Counted from the first letter of the stretch, positions 48,901 to 63,822 are shown. The stretch: 64,000 nt of DNA from Lingula anatina (GCA_051362555.1 CM120648.1:4956587-5020586); one strand, 5' to 3'. A program made the numbers and translations. The notes: generated by a model from the sequence alone, not told the origin.

Positions 48901-51394
48901 AAGCAATGTTCCACTTTTACCTGCGCGTCTCACATCAAGGACTGACATGACAGCTCTCACAGTGACACCTGGTGACATCGGATGTAACTGTCGCAGATTC
49001 TTGAAGCCAAGATGGTAACGGCAGTGCTCTGTGAAACTAAAACGATACTTTAGTTCTTGAATTAACGATGTGTGCGATGTAACCAATAACCATAAAATGT
49101 AAAACAATACAGTACATTTTCATTTTCAAATGTTTAGCATGAATACAGTACAAAATAAACCTTATAAAGTACAAGTACAAAATAAACCATATAAACTTAA
49201 AAGGCTCTGAACATTTGACCTTTTTGTGTAAATATATTTAAAATATATATTATAGGAATGGGAATCAATGACTGTATGTGTATAATCATTCACAACAAGA
49301 ATTGCTGATAATGTATAATAATGTATGGCTGTGAGTCATATGGTTTTACACAGAATAAACTGGACCAGTAGGCATGGTGCCCACTCTGTACTAGTTGCTA
49401 CTCACTCTGTACTAGTACATCACGAATATTAAAGACGTGAGTACATCAAACCCGTGCTTTGCATGCAAACACGCACGCTTCATAATACGCCATATCTTCA
49501 CTTTACAAATAAACACCAATTGATCTGACAAGTGCGCCGCATTAAAAATTTAGAAATTTAAAATCTTATAAGGGCTAATAATAATAATACAACGATAGAC
49601 ACTTACGTGCTGACTGACATCCCAATAGCTACCATGCCTAAAAGTCCCAGTGGTAATTGCCTCGCTGCCAAACCGCAGCTTTTAGAAAACTCGTCACTGC
49701 TGCAAAGAAGGCTGTTTTGATAAAAGGAACTGTCCCAAAGTGTCATCATTGCGCCGTCTATGGTTAATTCAAAGGGAGCTACAATCGTCTGCTCTTTTTC
49801 CCACGTGCTGAATTTTGGTTCTCCTCCTGGGAAAATTTCGGGAACACGAGACAGAATCGTGACCGAGGCGGGTGTTTCAAAATCATATCGGTCGTTAGGA
49901 ATGCCCTTCTTCTTTTCAGCGTCATATAACCTTTCCTTCTCAATCCTTTCTAAAATATTCTCCGCCTTTTTAACAAGAGGCAGCGCCAAAATTGTCCTTG
50001 TGGACTGCGGGTATCTGTGATAGGACACCCCTGGATTCGATTTTTTGAAATCGACTCTCATTCGGGCATCTTCGGCTTCACTCGGCGATGTCGAGAATAC
50101 CCGGTTCAAAATTGTGACATGCGCAGGCGACAGAGCGATTCCGCCGTCACATCCAGAAGCCTTCGCTTCCAGGCAAATGCGCTCGAAGGTCCCATAATCG
50201 TCTTCGTTTAAATGAACGCCCCATAAAACTGGGATGTTTCCAGATTTGGCGGCAAAAGTTACCTGCGTGTGAAAATATTGAAAATGTTTAGTCAGACATT
50301 ACATTCATACTGAATAGATATCAAACACGTGTATTAGAGTATTAAGAGTCTTTAAATTAAACACACGCTTACGTGGCAAAGAAAAATGTTTTTTGTTTTT
50401 TGTTTTTGTTTTTGTTTTTTTTTTTGTTTGTTTTTTTTTTTTTTTTTTTTTTTTTTTGTGGTGGGGGTCAATTGGGGCTGAAAGAGAACAAATATTATTT
50501 ATCGAAAAATTAATTTCAATGTTTCAAAAAACAAGTACAGGTTAACGAAACGAAACACATTTTGTGAAGTTAAAGAAAGGACAAAAATAATGAAGTGTAA
50601 ATAAATTTTCAAAAATTTAATAAATAACACTTACTAATTTATTAATTTCATTAGCAAAAATCAATATTAACATGCTAAAATCCAACTGAAATATGCTATG
50701 GCCAGCCTAATTTAGGTATTTCATCAAAAAGCTGCCTCACCTGATTCCGCAAGGTCTGTATCAGAGAACTGAGAGGCTCTGATTGGGTGTCAAATGATAT
50801 GTCATTGTTACCAATAGCAACAGCAAAATTCCTGCCGAAACCTCCACTGGCTATTGAGAAAGCATTGGCATATCCCTCGGCAGTTTCTATCATCGGAATA
50901 TACCGAAAAGTGCCGAGCGGAAGTTTTAATCTTGATTCCTGCTCCCGGACCACAACTTCGTACTCCTCGAAAGCGCTCCCGCGCTGAACTTTAGGGAGAA
51001 CAAATCCAGCAACGTTGCTATGCGACAGTGTGTTGGCATCCTTCAACATTAACAGATAGTCGTCTGCGCAGTTTAGTCGAACGAAAAGCGGTTGCGGGCG
51101 GTGCCAGGACTCGATGATTTTCAGAAACAAAGGTCGCGCGCTGTCCTTCTCGGCCATTGGGACCGTGTCCTCCATGTCTAGGACGACGATATCCGGGTTG
51201 ATCTCCGGTATTTGCCCAGATTTGATTGCCTGTAAACTTGGAAAGTAGACACTGCGTACCAGGGGCTGGATATACTCAGTGCGGATGGCTCTGTTGCTTT
51301 GGGTTCTCGCACTGAAGAACAGAGACGCGTTTTCACGGCAGTTCACCAGGCGGCGCAGCAAGGCCCACCGCGTTGCGTTTTGGGCAATATTCAT
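45908..51394 (-). CDS. Fusion of a CitE/HpcH-HpaI (malyl-CoA/citramalyl-CoA lyase family) domain and a double-hotdog MaoC domain (mesaconyl-CoA hydratase-like); predicted mitochondrial; 731 aa
   Basis: Exons 51394-50741, 50262-49607, 49036-48921, 48625-48447, 48050-47976, 47691-47590, 47247-47116, 46877-46817, 46455-46331 and 46003-45908 join in frame (2196 nt, all GT-AG). Lyase motifs: DIVVLDMEDTV, FVRLN, LPKV, MIETAEG, GNND. Hotdog motifs: LCSSDEFSKSCGL, HLGF....HP..PG.TV, LTNPHHFN, VVPGPFV, NRVNVGD. Confidence 0.88.
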
Positions 51395-51840
51395 GTCTGT
51401 TGAATTATTTCCCCAGCCCTATAAAGCCAAAAATCAGTTGTGTTAGGTTGAACAAACGAAGTAATTTTTCTTCAATCGACAGCAAATTATGACAGCTAAT
51501 ATAACCTGGAGAGTTACATTCCTGATGAAGATGCTCTGAGACCTAGACATCAAAATATTGGAGGTAATTTTACTCATGAATATTAGCTGCTGACTGAAGA
51601 AAAAATTATTTATTAAAAAATCAGTTGTTATTATTAAGTACCTACCTCACTGGTTTATACCCGTTTACTAACTAACTAACTCTCTCTCTCTTATTATCTC
51701 TCTCTGGTTTATAGGCCTACCTGTTAAAGCCTACTACCCCCCCCCCCCCCCCGCCTCTCTCTCTCTCTCTCTCTCTCAGCCAGCAATAACACCTCTTTTG
51801 AAAGAGGTTGTGGGAGTGGCGGGGGCAGAGTAGTCTGCAG

Positions 51841-51874
<34 letters not shown>

Positions 51875-52085
51875 AAATGATCCCTCACTCCGTCCCCAGC
51901 GTCCACGAAGAGAAGATTATCTGGAGAGCCGTAGATAAAATAGGACAGTCTTGGGGGAGGAGGGGGGTTAGGCAGCGCTAATAGCAGGCCTATAAACCAG
52001 ATGTTCAAGTTGATGAGAACGGAAAGAGGCCTTTTGACTGCGTCAGGTTTTGTTGGTACGGTAACGAGTTGCACACGTCATGTTA

Positions 52086-52313
52086 AGCCTAGGTCCCAAC
52101 TACGTTTTGGACGCACGGTTTTTAGGTTCCTTGCGTCTGGCTAGGACGTAGCTAGATCGCACGTAGCGGCTGTTGATCATGTTAAAAAGTTTCTACGTGC
52201 TGTTTGCGTCCTCCAAAAGTCGCACGATGGACGTGCCCCTCACGCACGAACTCCCCATTGTTTTGGCCGTAGACCACACGTAGCAGCCCGTACGTTCGGT
52301 TGGGACCTAGGCT
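52086..52313. mobile_element. PIF/Harbinger-type MITE
   Basis: TTA|AGCCTAGGTCCCAAC ... GTTGGGACCTAGGCT|TTA. Confidence 0.85.
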
Positions 52314-53619
52314 TTATCCGACTAGTCGCTTGATGCACTTTATGCTGTACCTTTGTACGTCTGGCGCTCTTATGACATTCACCTTGCTTACACTTATAAG
52401 TTACATATAACTTCAATGCGTACGCAGAGAGTAACAAATACTAAAGTGTGCATTAGACCTGTTAGGCGGGTCACAATTTACTATTCACATGTTTCTATAT
52501 GATACAGACAGCACAAGCCGTGGATTGCAAGGACAAACATTGCACAAACGAAGCATGTCGGCAGTATTCCGAGTTTGGAAGCAGTTTGTTCCGTTTGTCC
52601 TCGAGCTTTGCTTGCAACCATATGTGTACGAACTCTGACCGACAAGATGGCCTCAGGGTACACGACACCACGATAACACTGAGATACCTTACCTCAATTA
52701 CTGTGTATTTCTACGCCGTCATAATAATCTGAACTTCAACGTGGTGTGCAGTGTTTATTGACCTCCGCCGCAACAGCGGTGTCGTGGCCTAAAATAGACC
52801 AAAAGTAGGTCGTGCAGTTTACCTGTGATGTGGGTAAACATTTGCATCACAATGTCTGGATGCATGTGGGCCATTCAAAATAATAAATAAATTAATAAAT
52901 AAATAAATAAACAATGATAATAATGATAATAATAAATAAAAATTAAAAAAATAAATAAACAAAAATTAGAAAAACTAACATGTGAATAACGCCAGTGACG
53001 CACGCATGTCGTGTAGGCCTACTATTTGTAAGCCTATAACTTTGACTTGCCCCTTTATTTTTGCTGTTTTAAACTAATACAACTCAACATGTAGGGGGCT
53101 GTATGCGTCACTGGCGCAAATGTCATGATGTGCCGTTTTTTGTGGAAGACTCCTGTATCTTCACAAACTACATATTTTGAGGAGCAGTGACGAATTTGTG
53201 AATTTTATCAATAAGATCGGATGATTTTTGTACATAACTAATTAATTAATTAATTAATTAATTAATTAATTAATTAATGGATCTTAACCAAAATCTATCC
53301 ATTTATTCTTGGACCTTCTCGTTTCCTATCATGAAAATTCCATTTAAATCCGTCAATGACCAAGTCTGAATTCAACACCTGATGAAGGTACGTAGAAATA
53401 AAGGAGCTTTTGTCTTACTCTACCTGTATCTCAAACCGATTGATACGAATTAAACTTATAAGTTGTAAAACCGCGTCGATCGGAGAACGGCAACTAATTA
53501 CAATGTGGATAATGGACTACGGCTTTCAGAACAATTAGCTTTAACTTAATAATTTTAAAATCTTGAGTATTAGCTTGAAGAGGCAAAAATGTGAAATCCG
53601 GTTATTAACTTTACCATGC

Positions 53620-53650
<31 letters not shown>

Positions 53651-55117
53651 CACGTATACACGACTATTTTACCGCATCCCACATGCGCCTCTGTACAGTT
53701 TGCATCTGATGACAACATGTCTAGAACAGACGGAAGTAAGAATATATTTGGGGCCTGATTCATTTTGGGTTGAAACATTTTCACCTCCCTGGGGAAAGAT
53801 TCAGATCAGCCCCTTACAAATATCTCAGTAGTTCAGAGAGTTGTAAAAAGAAGACAACCAGGACATAGAAAAAGGAGTAAATTTTGGACAGATACAGTCA
53901 TCTGAGTAATGAAGAAACAATAACGATTGGGACTTATAAGGATATTAATATAATAATTGATTTATCCCACTAACCATCTATTGGTTTTATCATTTATATT
54001 AAAAATCACAGTAAGAGTTTTTAATTTGTTTAGGGCTAAATATACTTTATACACTTTCAAAGGCATAAAAAAAACATACAGTCTATTTACTGCAAATTTC
54101 CAGAAAGACCATAAAAATGCTTGACTGTGAAATAAGAAATAATACAGATAAATTTTAACATTGCGACTTCAATTGTTATTACACATAACTTTTATTGAAA
54201 AAAGTGGCAATTGTCAATACAGTAACATGTGGTCTGGGCCACTTAGGAAGTGGACTAGATTGGGATCTGGCCTGTGACACATATATTTCAATGATTCCAA
54301 AATTATGTTTCTAAAAGATTACCCCACTGAAAAGATTAATCATTTACCAAAGCTATAACAATCTGGCAAGTCCTAGATACAATGTAAATATTATCATGCT
54401 ATTTTAAGGTCAAGTTCTTTTTTTACCATAATTATCTGTCTTAATGTCAATAAGCAATATGAATCAAGTAGCTTATCAGTTACTTTGATACATTTATTTG
54501 ATACAGAAACAATAGAACTAAGATAAGTCTGAAGAACAATTTACATTTAAGTTACATAAACTTGATGAACTGCCCTTAATAACCCTTGTCTGTATCCGGG
54601 GGGGACTTTGAATAAAGTTCTCTGCCAATTGTCAAGTTGGATCAATTTAGTGTGTAAAAAGATCCTATTTATCCCCCCCCCAATAAAATTGCTTGTTACA
54701 GGCCTGCTGAACCCTTCATCATAAGAAATACAATAGCAATCAATAAGCAAAGCCTCAGAAGGATTTTTAGGACCAAAAATGAAATTGACCATAAGGCCAA
54801 ATTTCTTTGTCTACTTAAATATATGATCACTTCACAATAGTCAATCAAAGTTAGCCATTCTTTTTTTTTACAAAACAAATGTAATGTTGCCTTTCAGCAG
54901 TCTGATTAATCTTGGATCAAATTAACAGGGAGTTATTTGGTTCCAGTCTTACATTTGTTGCCCCAGTGATCTTGTTAAGAATATTCAATTTTGGGGACTG
55001 ACGCTGCTTTAGACCCCATTTTCTTGCTGATCACAGATCACACCCACTTGCTGATTGATTGACAAGTATTCACAGACCACACCCACTGGCTGGAAAAATG
55101 ACTTGATTGACAAGTGT

Positions 55118-57245
<2,128 letters not shown>

Positions 57246-57404
57246 TTTGAGGATACTGCTGTCACCTGCAAGCTACCATGGGTATCTGGTGAATTATATA
57301 GACAATTAATTATGATAGCCCACTTATCAATTTCTAATTTTCTCTCCACCTGTAATAAATAACCAACATCATAAACTCCAACACGAAAGTTCCAACCTGG
57401 AACC

Positions 57405-57500
57405 GCCATGTTTGTAAACATTCTTGGTCACGTGATCTCGATCGACCAATTGTATCTGTCTTTTAGATATAGGTCAGTTTCGTGTGCGATTTCGAAGCGG
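57405..57500. promoter_or_regulatory. Bidirectional promoter between the two Arf-like genes
   Basis: The divergent start codons are ~340 bp apart. GGTCACGTGATC (E-box) and CCAAT lie in a CpG-containing patch. Confidence 0.5.
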
Positions 57501-57587
57501 ATGTGATAAACAGTGGTAGATATAGCAAAGTATCAAATGTAGAATGAGGTATAGTGAGGTGGACAGAAGCTGACTTTGTCTTGCAGT

Positions 57588-60518
57588 ATGGGGCAAACAT
57601 TATCTAGTTGGACGAAGAATAAGGAAGCAAGAATTCTCTTTTTGGGTAGGTATCTCCCTCTCTCTTTTTCTCTCCCTCTCTCAACTTGGTTTAACAAAAA
57701 GATGGAGTGAATATTACTTTTAACAAAGAATAATGTTGTTACAGTTACAAAAATCGAATTACATTCTTTATTTTGCAGGTTTAGATGCGGCGGGGAAGAC
57801 CACGATTTTATACAAGCTTAAACTTGGAGAAATTGTTACTACAATTCCGACGATTGGTAAGACTCCCGGTGTGGCGTGTACCGTTTTCAATATATTTTGA
57901 TTAATTATTGATTTGGATCACCACCAAAAAGTAATCATCTGTTTCTTGGCCCACTTCTGACAGTTCCTGAAAATTTCGTAAAAATTGGTCCATAACTTTT
58001 TGAGTAATGTTGATGACAGACAGAAAGATGGACAGATCAAACAGGGGTGAAAATATAACCTCCTTGGCGGAGGTAACTAAGGGCACGCTCGGCTGTCACC
58101 TTGATTGGATAGTAAACGATTGTCGTAAAATCGCTAAATGATATTAAAACCGGGTTCATAAACTTGAAAACCACCTAGGACAACCTTAGACTGCCACATT
58201 AATCCAACACAATGCAAAAATAAACTATAACAAGTGGTTAAAGCCTTCAAACCGAATGTCGTAAAGTCCCCATATACCTCCATAGAGACAATAAAATAGA
58301 GTCAGCTTGTGAAACAAAACTCAACCATTTTCAACATAATAATTAAAATAAAATACTGCCGGGCATCGGAGCGGCTTAAAACTTGGCAAGCTTACCGCAA
58401 ATACTGCAGGCTACATCACCCCGTCGCTCGTTTGTAAGTTCCGTGCATGGTCAAACCGTAAATCAAAATTCCACCTCTGATGTTTATTTCGGTCCACTCT
58501 AACCTCCAATTCAGGAAATGACGTAACCTCAGAGGTCGTATTGTCCAATGGCATGGCTTCTTTTTCGTAATTGGAGGTTAGAGTGGACCCAAATAAACAT
58601 TTTATTGTCTCTATGGAGGTATATGGGGACCTTACGACATTCGGTTTGAAGGCTTTAACCACTTGTTATAGTTTATTTTTGCATTGTGTTGGATTAATGT
58701 GGCAGTCTAAGGTTGTCCTAGGTGGTTTTCAAGTTTATGAACCCGGTTTTAATATCATTTAGCGATTTTACGACAATCGTTTACTATCCAATCAAGGTGA
58801 CAGCTGAGCGTGACTAAGGGGTACTAGTATGTTGAACACCCAAGACGAAACAAAATAGAGTTCACTGATAACTGTGACATGACACTGTCCTTTTCACACA
58901 AATACACTCAAAGTAATATGATGACTGGGTAATCACATACCTTATGGTGCTAAACTTACTTTTTTCCCCTTTTCATTGCATACCAAAATACTAAGTAGAC
59001 CTGATCAGGGCATGATTAAGAATTAAAGTTCACCACCTGTGCCATAAGTCATGGTCCATATGGGACAAAGAAAACCAAAGAATTTTAATTAAAATGGATT
59101 TTCATGTCATATATGATGTGTCACATTGATGTTATTTGTTTAATACTCTCCAAATGACCATATGCATGATTTTCAGTGCAGTTCTAATACCAATATTTAC
59201 TTTAAATTAACAAAAAAATGGTAATGATCTTATGAAGGTATTTTTTCCTTGTTTTTTATTTGAGGCTTTATAGAATGTATTTGAATGTTTGTATTATCCT
59301 TTAATTATTTGTTTTCACCTAATGCATCCAAAGTTTAATACTACTGGTAAATAAAATTTTTCAGGATTCAATGTGGAGACAGTGGAACACAAGGGGGTTG
59401 ATATTACTATGTGGGATGTTGGGACCAGAGATAAAATGGTAAGAAGTTGGTGAAGAAGATTTCTCATTTTACACAGGAATGATATGATTTTAAAAACATT
59501 AAAAGAAAAAGTTAAGAAATTATGAACAAAGACTAGATAAAAGATAAATGAATGAATTAATAGCTAAATTCATAAATTAAATTTGCAATTTATTTGACCA
59601 ATTTTAGCAGATTTATTAATCAGTCTGTACTTAAGTGTTCTTGCTCTTCCCATGTGCCATCCCACAGCGCCCTCTATGGAGACACTACTATCCTAACACC
59701 CAAGCCATCGTTTACACCGTGGACAGCACAGATAAAGAAAGGCTGGCAGAGGCGGGAGAACTGCTGCTTGACGTATTGGGGTCTGACGACTTGAACTATG
59801 ACATACCCGTGCTCATCGTCGCAAATAAACAAGATCTTAAAACCGCCATGACTCCCTCTGAGATTTTCGAAGCCATGAACATAGTGGGTTCAAAACACAA
59901 TGTATTGGCATCGCATCCATGGTGTAAGTGCATCTGTATATTAGTGCAGCAGACTTGTAGGTTAGCATACCTCATACGCTTTGGGACTGGAGATTTTACT
60001 TGAGATATGAGAAGATTGGAGTAAGATAATGACTATATAATTTTTAATGTAATATACCAAAGATAAACCTTTTCTTTAGGTAAAGAATGGTGTATGTTGG
60101 AAGGTGAAAGGTTTTGCAGAGTTCACTGTGTTAATTTATATGTGTATTTATGAATAATTCTCTTTAGTGAAAAGGAAGCTAAAAATTGCAACAAAATTAA
60201 ACATGAGATGACATCATACATCTTGAAATTGATTCATCTCGACTGCAGTAATATTAATAATAAATAATCTATATGTTCCCTGCATATTTCTTCATTGCAG
60301 ATATCCAGCCAGCATCGGCCACAGAGGGCACAGGACTGGAGGAAGGCCTGGATTGGTTGGTTAGGCAGATGCAGGTCAGAGAAGCCTGGAAGATGGCTGT
60401 TACACCAGTAAAACAGACTGTAGGTGGAGCCAAGGAAGCAGGAAAGGCAGGGATCTCCTATGGAAGTGAATACTTAACCAAAGCCCTAAGCAGCATCAAA
60501 GGAATGTTTACCAGATGA
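57588..60518 (+). CDS. ADP-ribosylation factor (Arf)-like GTPase B, 227 aa
   Basis: Exons 57588-57645, 57779-57856, 59365-59438, 59668-59923, 60301-60518. MGQ..., [55 protein letters not shown], then a C-terminal extension. Confidence 0.92.
57900..58076 (+). mobile_element. Helentron/DINE-like non-autonomous element 3' end
   Basis: Ends in (GACA)-rich tract then ATAACCTCCTTGGCGGAGGTAA hairpin. Confidence 0.6.
58084..58812. mobile_element. MITE with ~210-bp TIRs and 8-bp TSD in intron 2 of Arf-like B
   Basis: ACTAAGGG|CACGCTCGGCTGTCACC...GGTGACAGCTGAGCGTG|ACTAAGGG; arms nearly perfect. Confidence 0.9.
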
Positions 60519-62154
60519 TTTTTTTTTCAAATTTTAAATTGTTTTTGTGTTTCAATTAATCTGTGATGGTGTTTGTGCCTGCACACACTTGTGTGCAAAT
60601 ACTTGTCTGCATCTACACACTGGAAGCGGCACACATTAATTGCATTTTGTAGTAGACTAAGTGGACAGTTTGGTGGCGAAGTCTTTTATGGAACATTGTG
60701 GCTAGCTTAATATTTGAATAAGATAATACTGACTTGCTCATGTGTGGTGAATCCTAAAAAAGGTAATTACTTACTTTGTCATGTGAATGCTAGATTTTAA
60801 TGCCTGAATTTAATATTGGGTCTGAACTCGAGAAAATTGAAGCTTGGTAGGTTTGTTGTGCAATAATTTAATATATAATGTATTGTATATATAATGTAAA
60901 AATAATGTATAATATTATGTAACTTTAAAACTAAACTTTTATCAGGGAAGTGTGGAGTACTTCAAATGTATTTGTCTGTGATAGCTCAGTTATTTCAGGG
61001 ATATTTTGTATTAGATTCATCAGTTTTTTACTTGGTGTACATGTAGGAACAGTTATTTCAGCTTTTTTGTGACATTCTGTTTTGACAAGATTTTGAATGA
61101 TATATCTGTGAAATTTGATCTTTTAATTTCTAGGATTTTTTGTATGTATGCATTTTAATGTTCTGTTATATAAATATTCATTTATTACAATTTAATTCAT
61201 TTCGATGGGCCAATGGGAATTTATTTCTACTCTTAATATAAATATAAATATTCAGAATGTTATATGAAATTTTAAAATAAATGTGTCATTCCATTGTAAG
61301 GGTTTGGTTTCTTTCTCTTTCTGTTCACACTTTGATGGTATGTTTCTTCATAGTCATAATTCTGTATGCATATGATTAACTTGAGATTTAAAGTAAAAAC
61401 CCCCTTGACTGAAAATGATATAAGTATATTTAATATAAGTATATTTATCTGTGATACCGAAGTTAGCTGTAATCACAATTTTAGATGTGCAAATTGCCAG
61501 TAAATAAAAGTTTGTCAACCAGTATTTTTTACTCCCTGTTTTTATTTCTTCTGATTTTTAATGAAAAATCCAAACTGTTTCAAAGAGTGATCTTTTATAG
61601 AAATGAATATTTCTGATTATTATTTTTTTTTTTTTTCAAAAATGAAGTTAGAAAGAATTATTTTAGATGTGGTTCGGATGAAATTGCGTTCGTGTTTAAT
61701 CTTTTCATTGGTTATATTTATATCAAGATTTAAATATCTTATTTTCATTTCAAGGACTCATTCTGCAAACCAACCCTATTTCAACATACCAGTGCGTCCG
61801 CCATCACGACAAGCGACGTCACGCTATTCTGGCGGTTGTCAAAAAACTTCCATTTCAATACAAAACAAATGCACCAGTCTGTGCAGGTAGGAAAACTATT
61901 GCAGGCTTACGTGTTGCTTGTTCAAAATAATTGTGTCTACATCACTCAAGACAATATATGTGATTAACATTGTATGCGGGTTTGTTTTGCTTTAACACCC
62001 TAAAAATAATAAACAATATTTGTTTACATGTACGTGTTGATTGCGTAAACAGGTGCAGGTCGGAATAGCCAATATATACCGAGGTTCCGTTATCAATTTC
62101 CAAACCTTTGCTGTTCTAATTAAATTACCTTGATACCTGGTGTGACTTGCCATC

Positions 62155-63822
62155 ATGGAATTGGAACAAAATTATTTTATATTTTTGCCTCACATAATAG
62201 GTAAGTGGTTTAGCTTTATTTTACTCATTCAACTGTTAGTACTTTTTAGAATTTTTTTTTATTTCTAATTATTTTATTAATTTGTTTATTTTGAAATTGT
62301 AGCTCTAAGATAAAAAAATTAGATGTTGATTTCTTTTCTCTCTGTGATGGATAAGATATGCATTGTGTATTAGTGGGCAAAAATAACGCATATTTTAGTC
62401 CAGAGTTTAAAAATCTTTCATCTACTCTGCCCCCGTCTTTCGTTGCGCGTGATTATAAAACGTAGACAATATTAGAATTTCTGTCTGTTAGAGCATCAGT
62501 GTAGGGCCTAATTATAAGTTCTTTGCAGTTAATTATACCTTCATTTAAAAATATAATCTTTACACATATGGTACTTGAGGCACATTTTCTCTTCTGTTTC
62601 ACAGGTTATTTGAGAATCCTCATGGGACTCGGGTTATTTCACTGTTTGCCTAACCACCCCGTCAAGGCTTTTTGGCTTTACACATTCAGTTTTGCTTTGG
62701 ACATGGTAGACGGACCTATTGCAAAGTACCTTAATCAAAGTAAGTACCGTTAGGTCCTAAACAGAAAGCACAAACAAACAGCTGAAAAGAATTTTTGTTC
62801 TCCAAAACCATATATCTTGTCTTATTATTGGAATTCTAACTTAGGATCAACATTTTGCCATTAATTTTATTTCAGTGAGTGTTTTTGGCACTCTCTTGGA
62901 TACGATGAGCGACAGAGGAACGCTGCTCTGCATGTTAGCGAGACTGTGTCTCCTCTACCCCAGACATGCTTTCCTTTTTGTTGGAGTTGCGTGTACTGAT
63001 GTATCTAGTCAGTGGATGCACGGCTACAGGTGGGTTATGTAACCAACTTACTAAATAAATAAGTAAGTAAATAAGTAAATAAATAACTTTCTTATTCGTT
63101 GAAATAACGGAACTAGGATACCTAGCTTACTTTACTTTTTATTAGAAAAAACATCGATATATCTACGGGTGTATCTAGTCATTGGATGCACGCGGCTACA
63201 TGTGTTTCTGTTCTCAGAAGAAATACCAGTCAAGTGCGGCGCCCAGTGATGATAATGGCAGTGCAGGCCCGTAGCCGGGGGAGGGGGAGGGGGAGGGGTT
63301 GCCGAGAAAAGGTGCCCTCTGGGTAAAATTTTATTTATGGAGGCTTCATGGTAAAAGGTCCACTTTTTCAGAAAAAAAAAAAACACTTTTGAAATTGCTG
63401 GCAACGGGCCTGCAGTGGATGGCAATACAGAGAAACTGCATAAATTTTGCTGCTAACTTTGAGACCATTCGTGTTGTCCATATGGGTCAATTATAATTAA
63501 GGAGTGTTGAACTATTTTTAACGCAAAAGCGACTGAATAGATGCTACAAAAACTCCCTAGCACTTTTAGGGTGTAGCGCTTGTGACTCAAATATCGCCCA
63601 TTTATGTGTCCAAGTATAGAAATAGCTGTAAAAATGCGAGAAAAAATTGTTTTTTCAATTTCCTAAACGAAACCTCGGTTTGAGTACAGTCAGGGGTTAT
63701 ATCTAGCTTGATTTTTGATCCATCATTTTCATTTTTATTTCAGTTCACTTTTGCTTGGAAGCAGAACTTACCAGACAATCGGCCTAGAGTGCATGCCATT
63801 CCTTTCGCTTCCTAAATTCACA
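62155..63822 (+). CDS. Divergent CDP-diacylglycerol--inositol 3-phosphatidyltransferase (CDIPT/PIS)-like protein, 5' part (continues past window)
   Basis: Exons 62155-62200, 62605-62739, 62876-63029, 63744-63822. NYFIFLPHIIGYLRI..., CDP-alcohol motif LDMVDGPIAKYLNQ.SVFGTLLDTMSDR, LLYP, DVSSQW. Confidence 0.85.
63264..63412. mobile_element. MITE (family of 155-319), 5-bp TSD
   Basis: CAGGCCCGTAGCC...GGCAACGGGCCTG flanked by CAGTG/CAGTG. Confidence 0.85.

Noticed and set aside
45908-51394. Bacterial contamination as the source of the lyase-hydratase gene
   Set aside because: It has nine in-frame spliceosomal introns and is contiguous with animal genes and repeats.
52499-52732. Cys-rich 77-aa ORF
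   Set aside because: No recognisable motif or splice context.
53236-53277. (TAAT)n and other simple repeats (poly-G/C, (AG)n, (TTA)n)
   Set aside because: Ordinary microsatellites.
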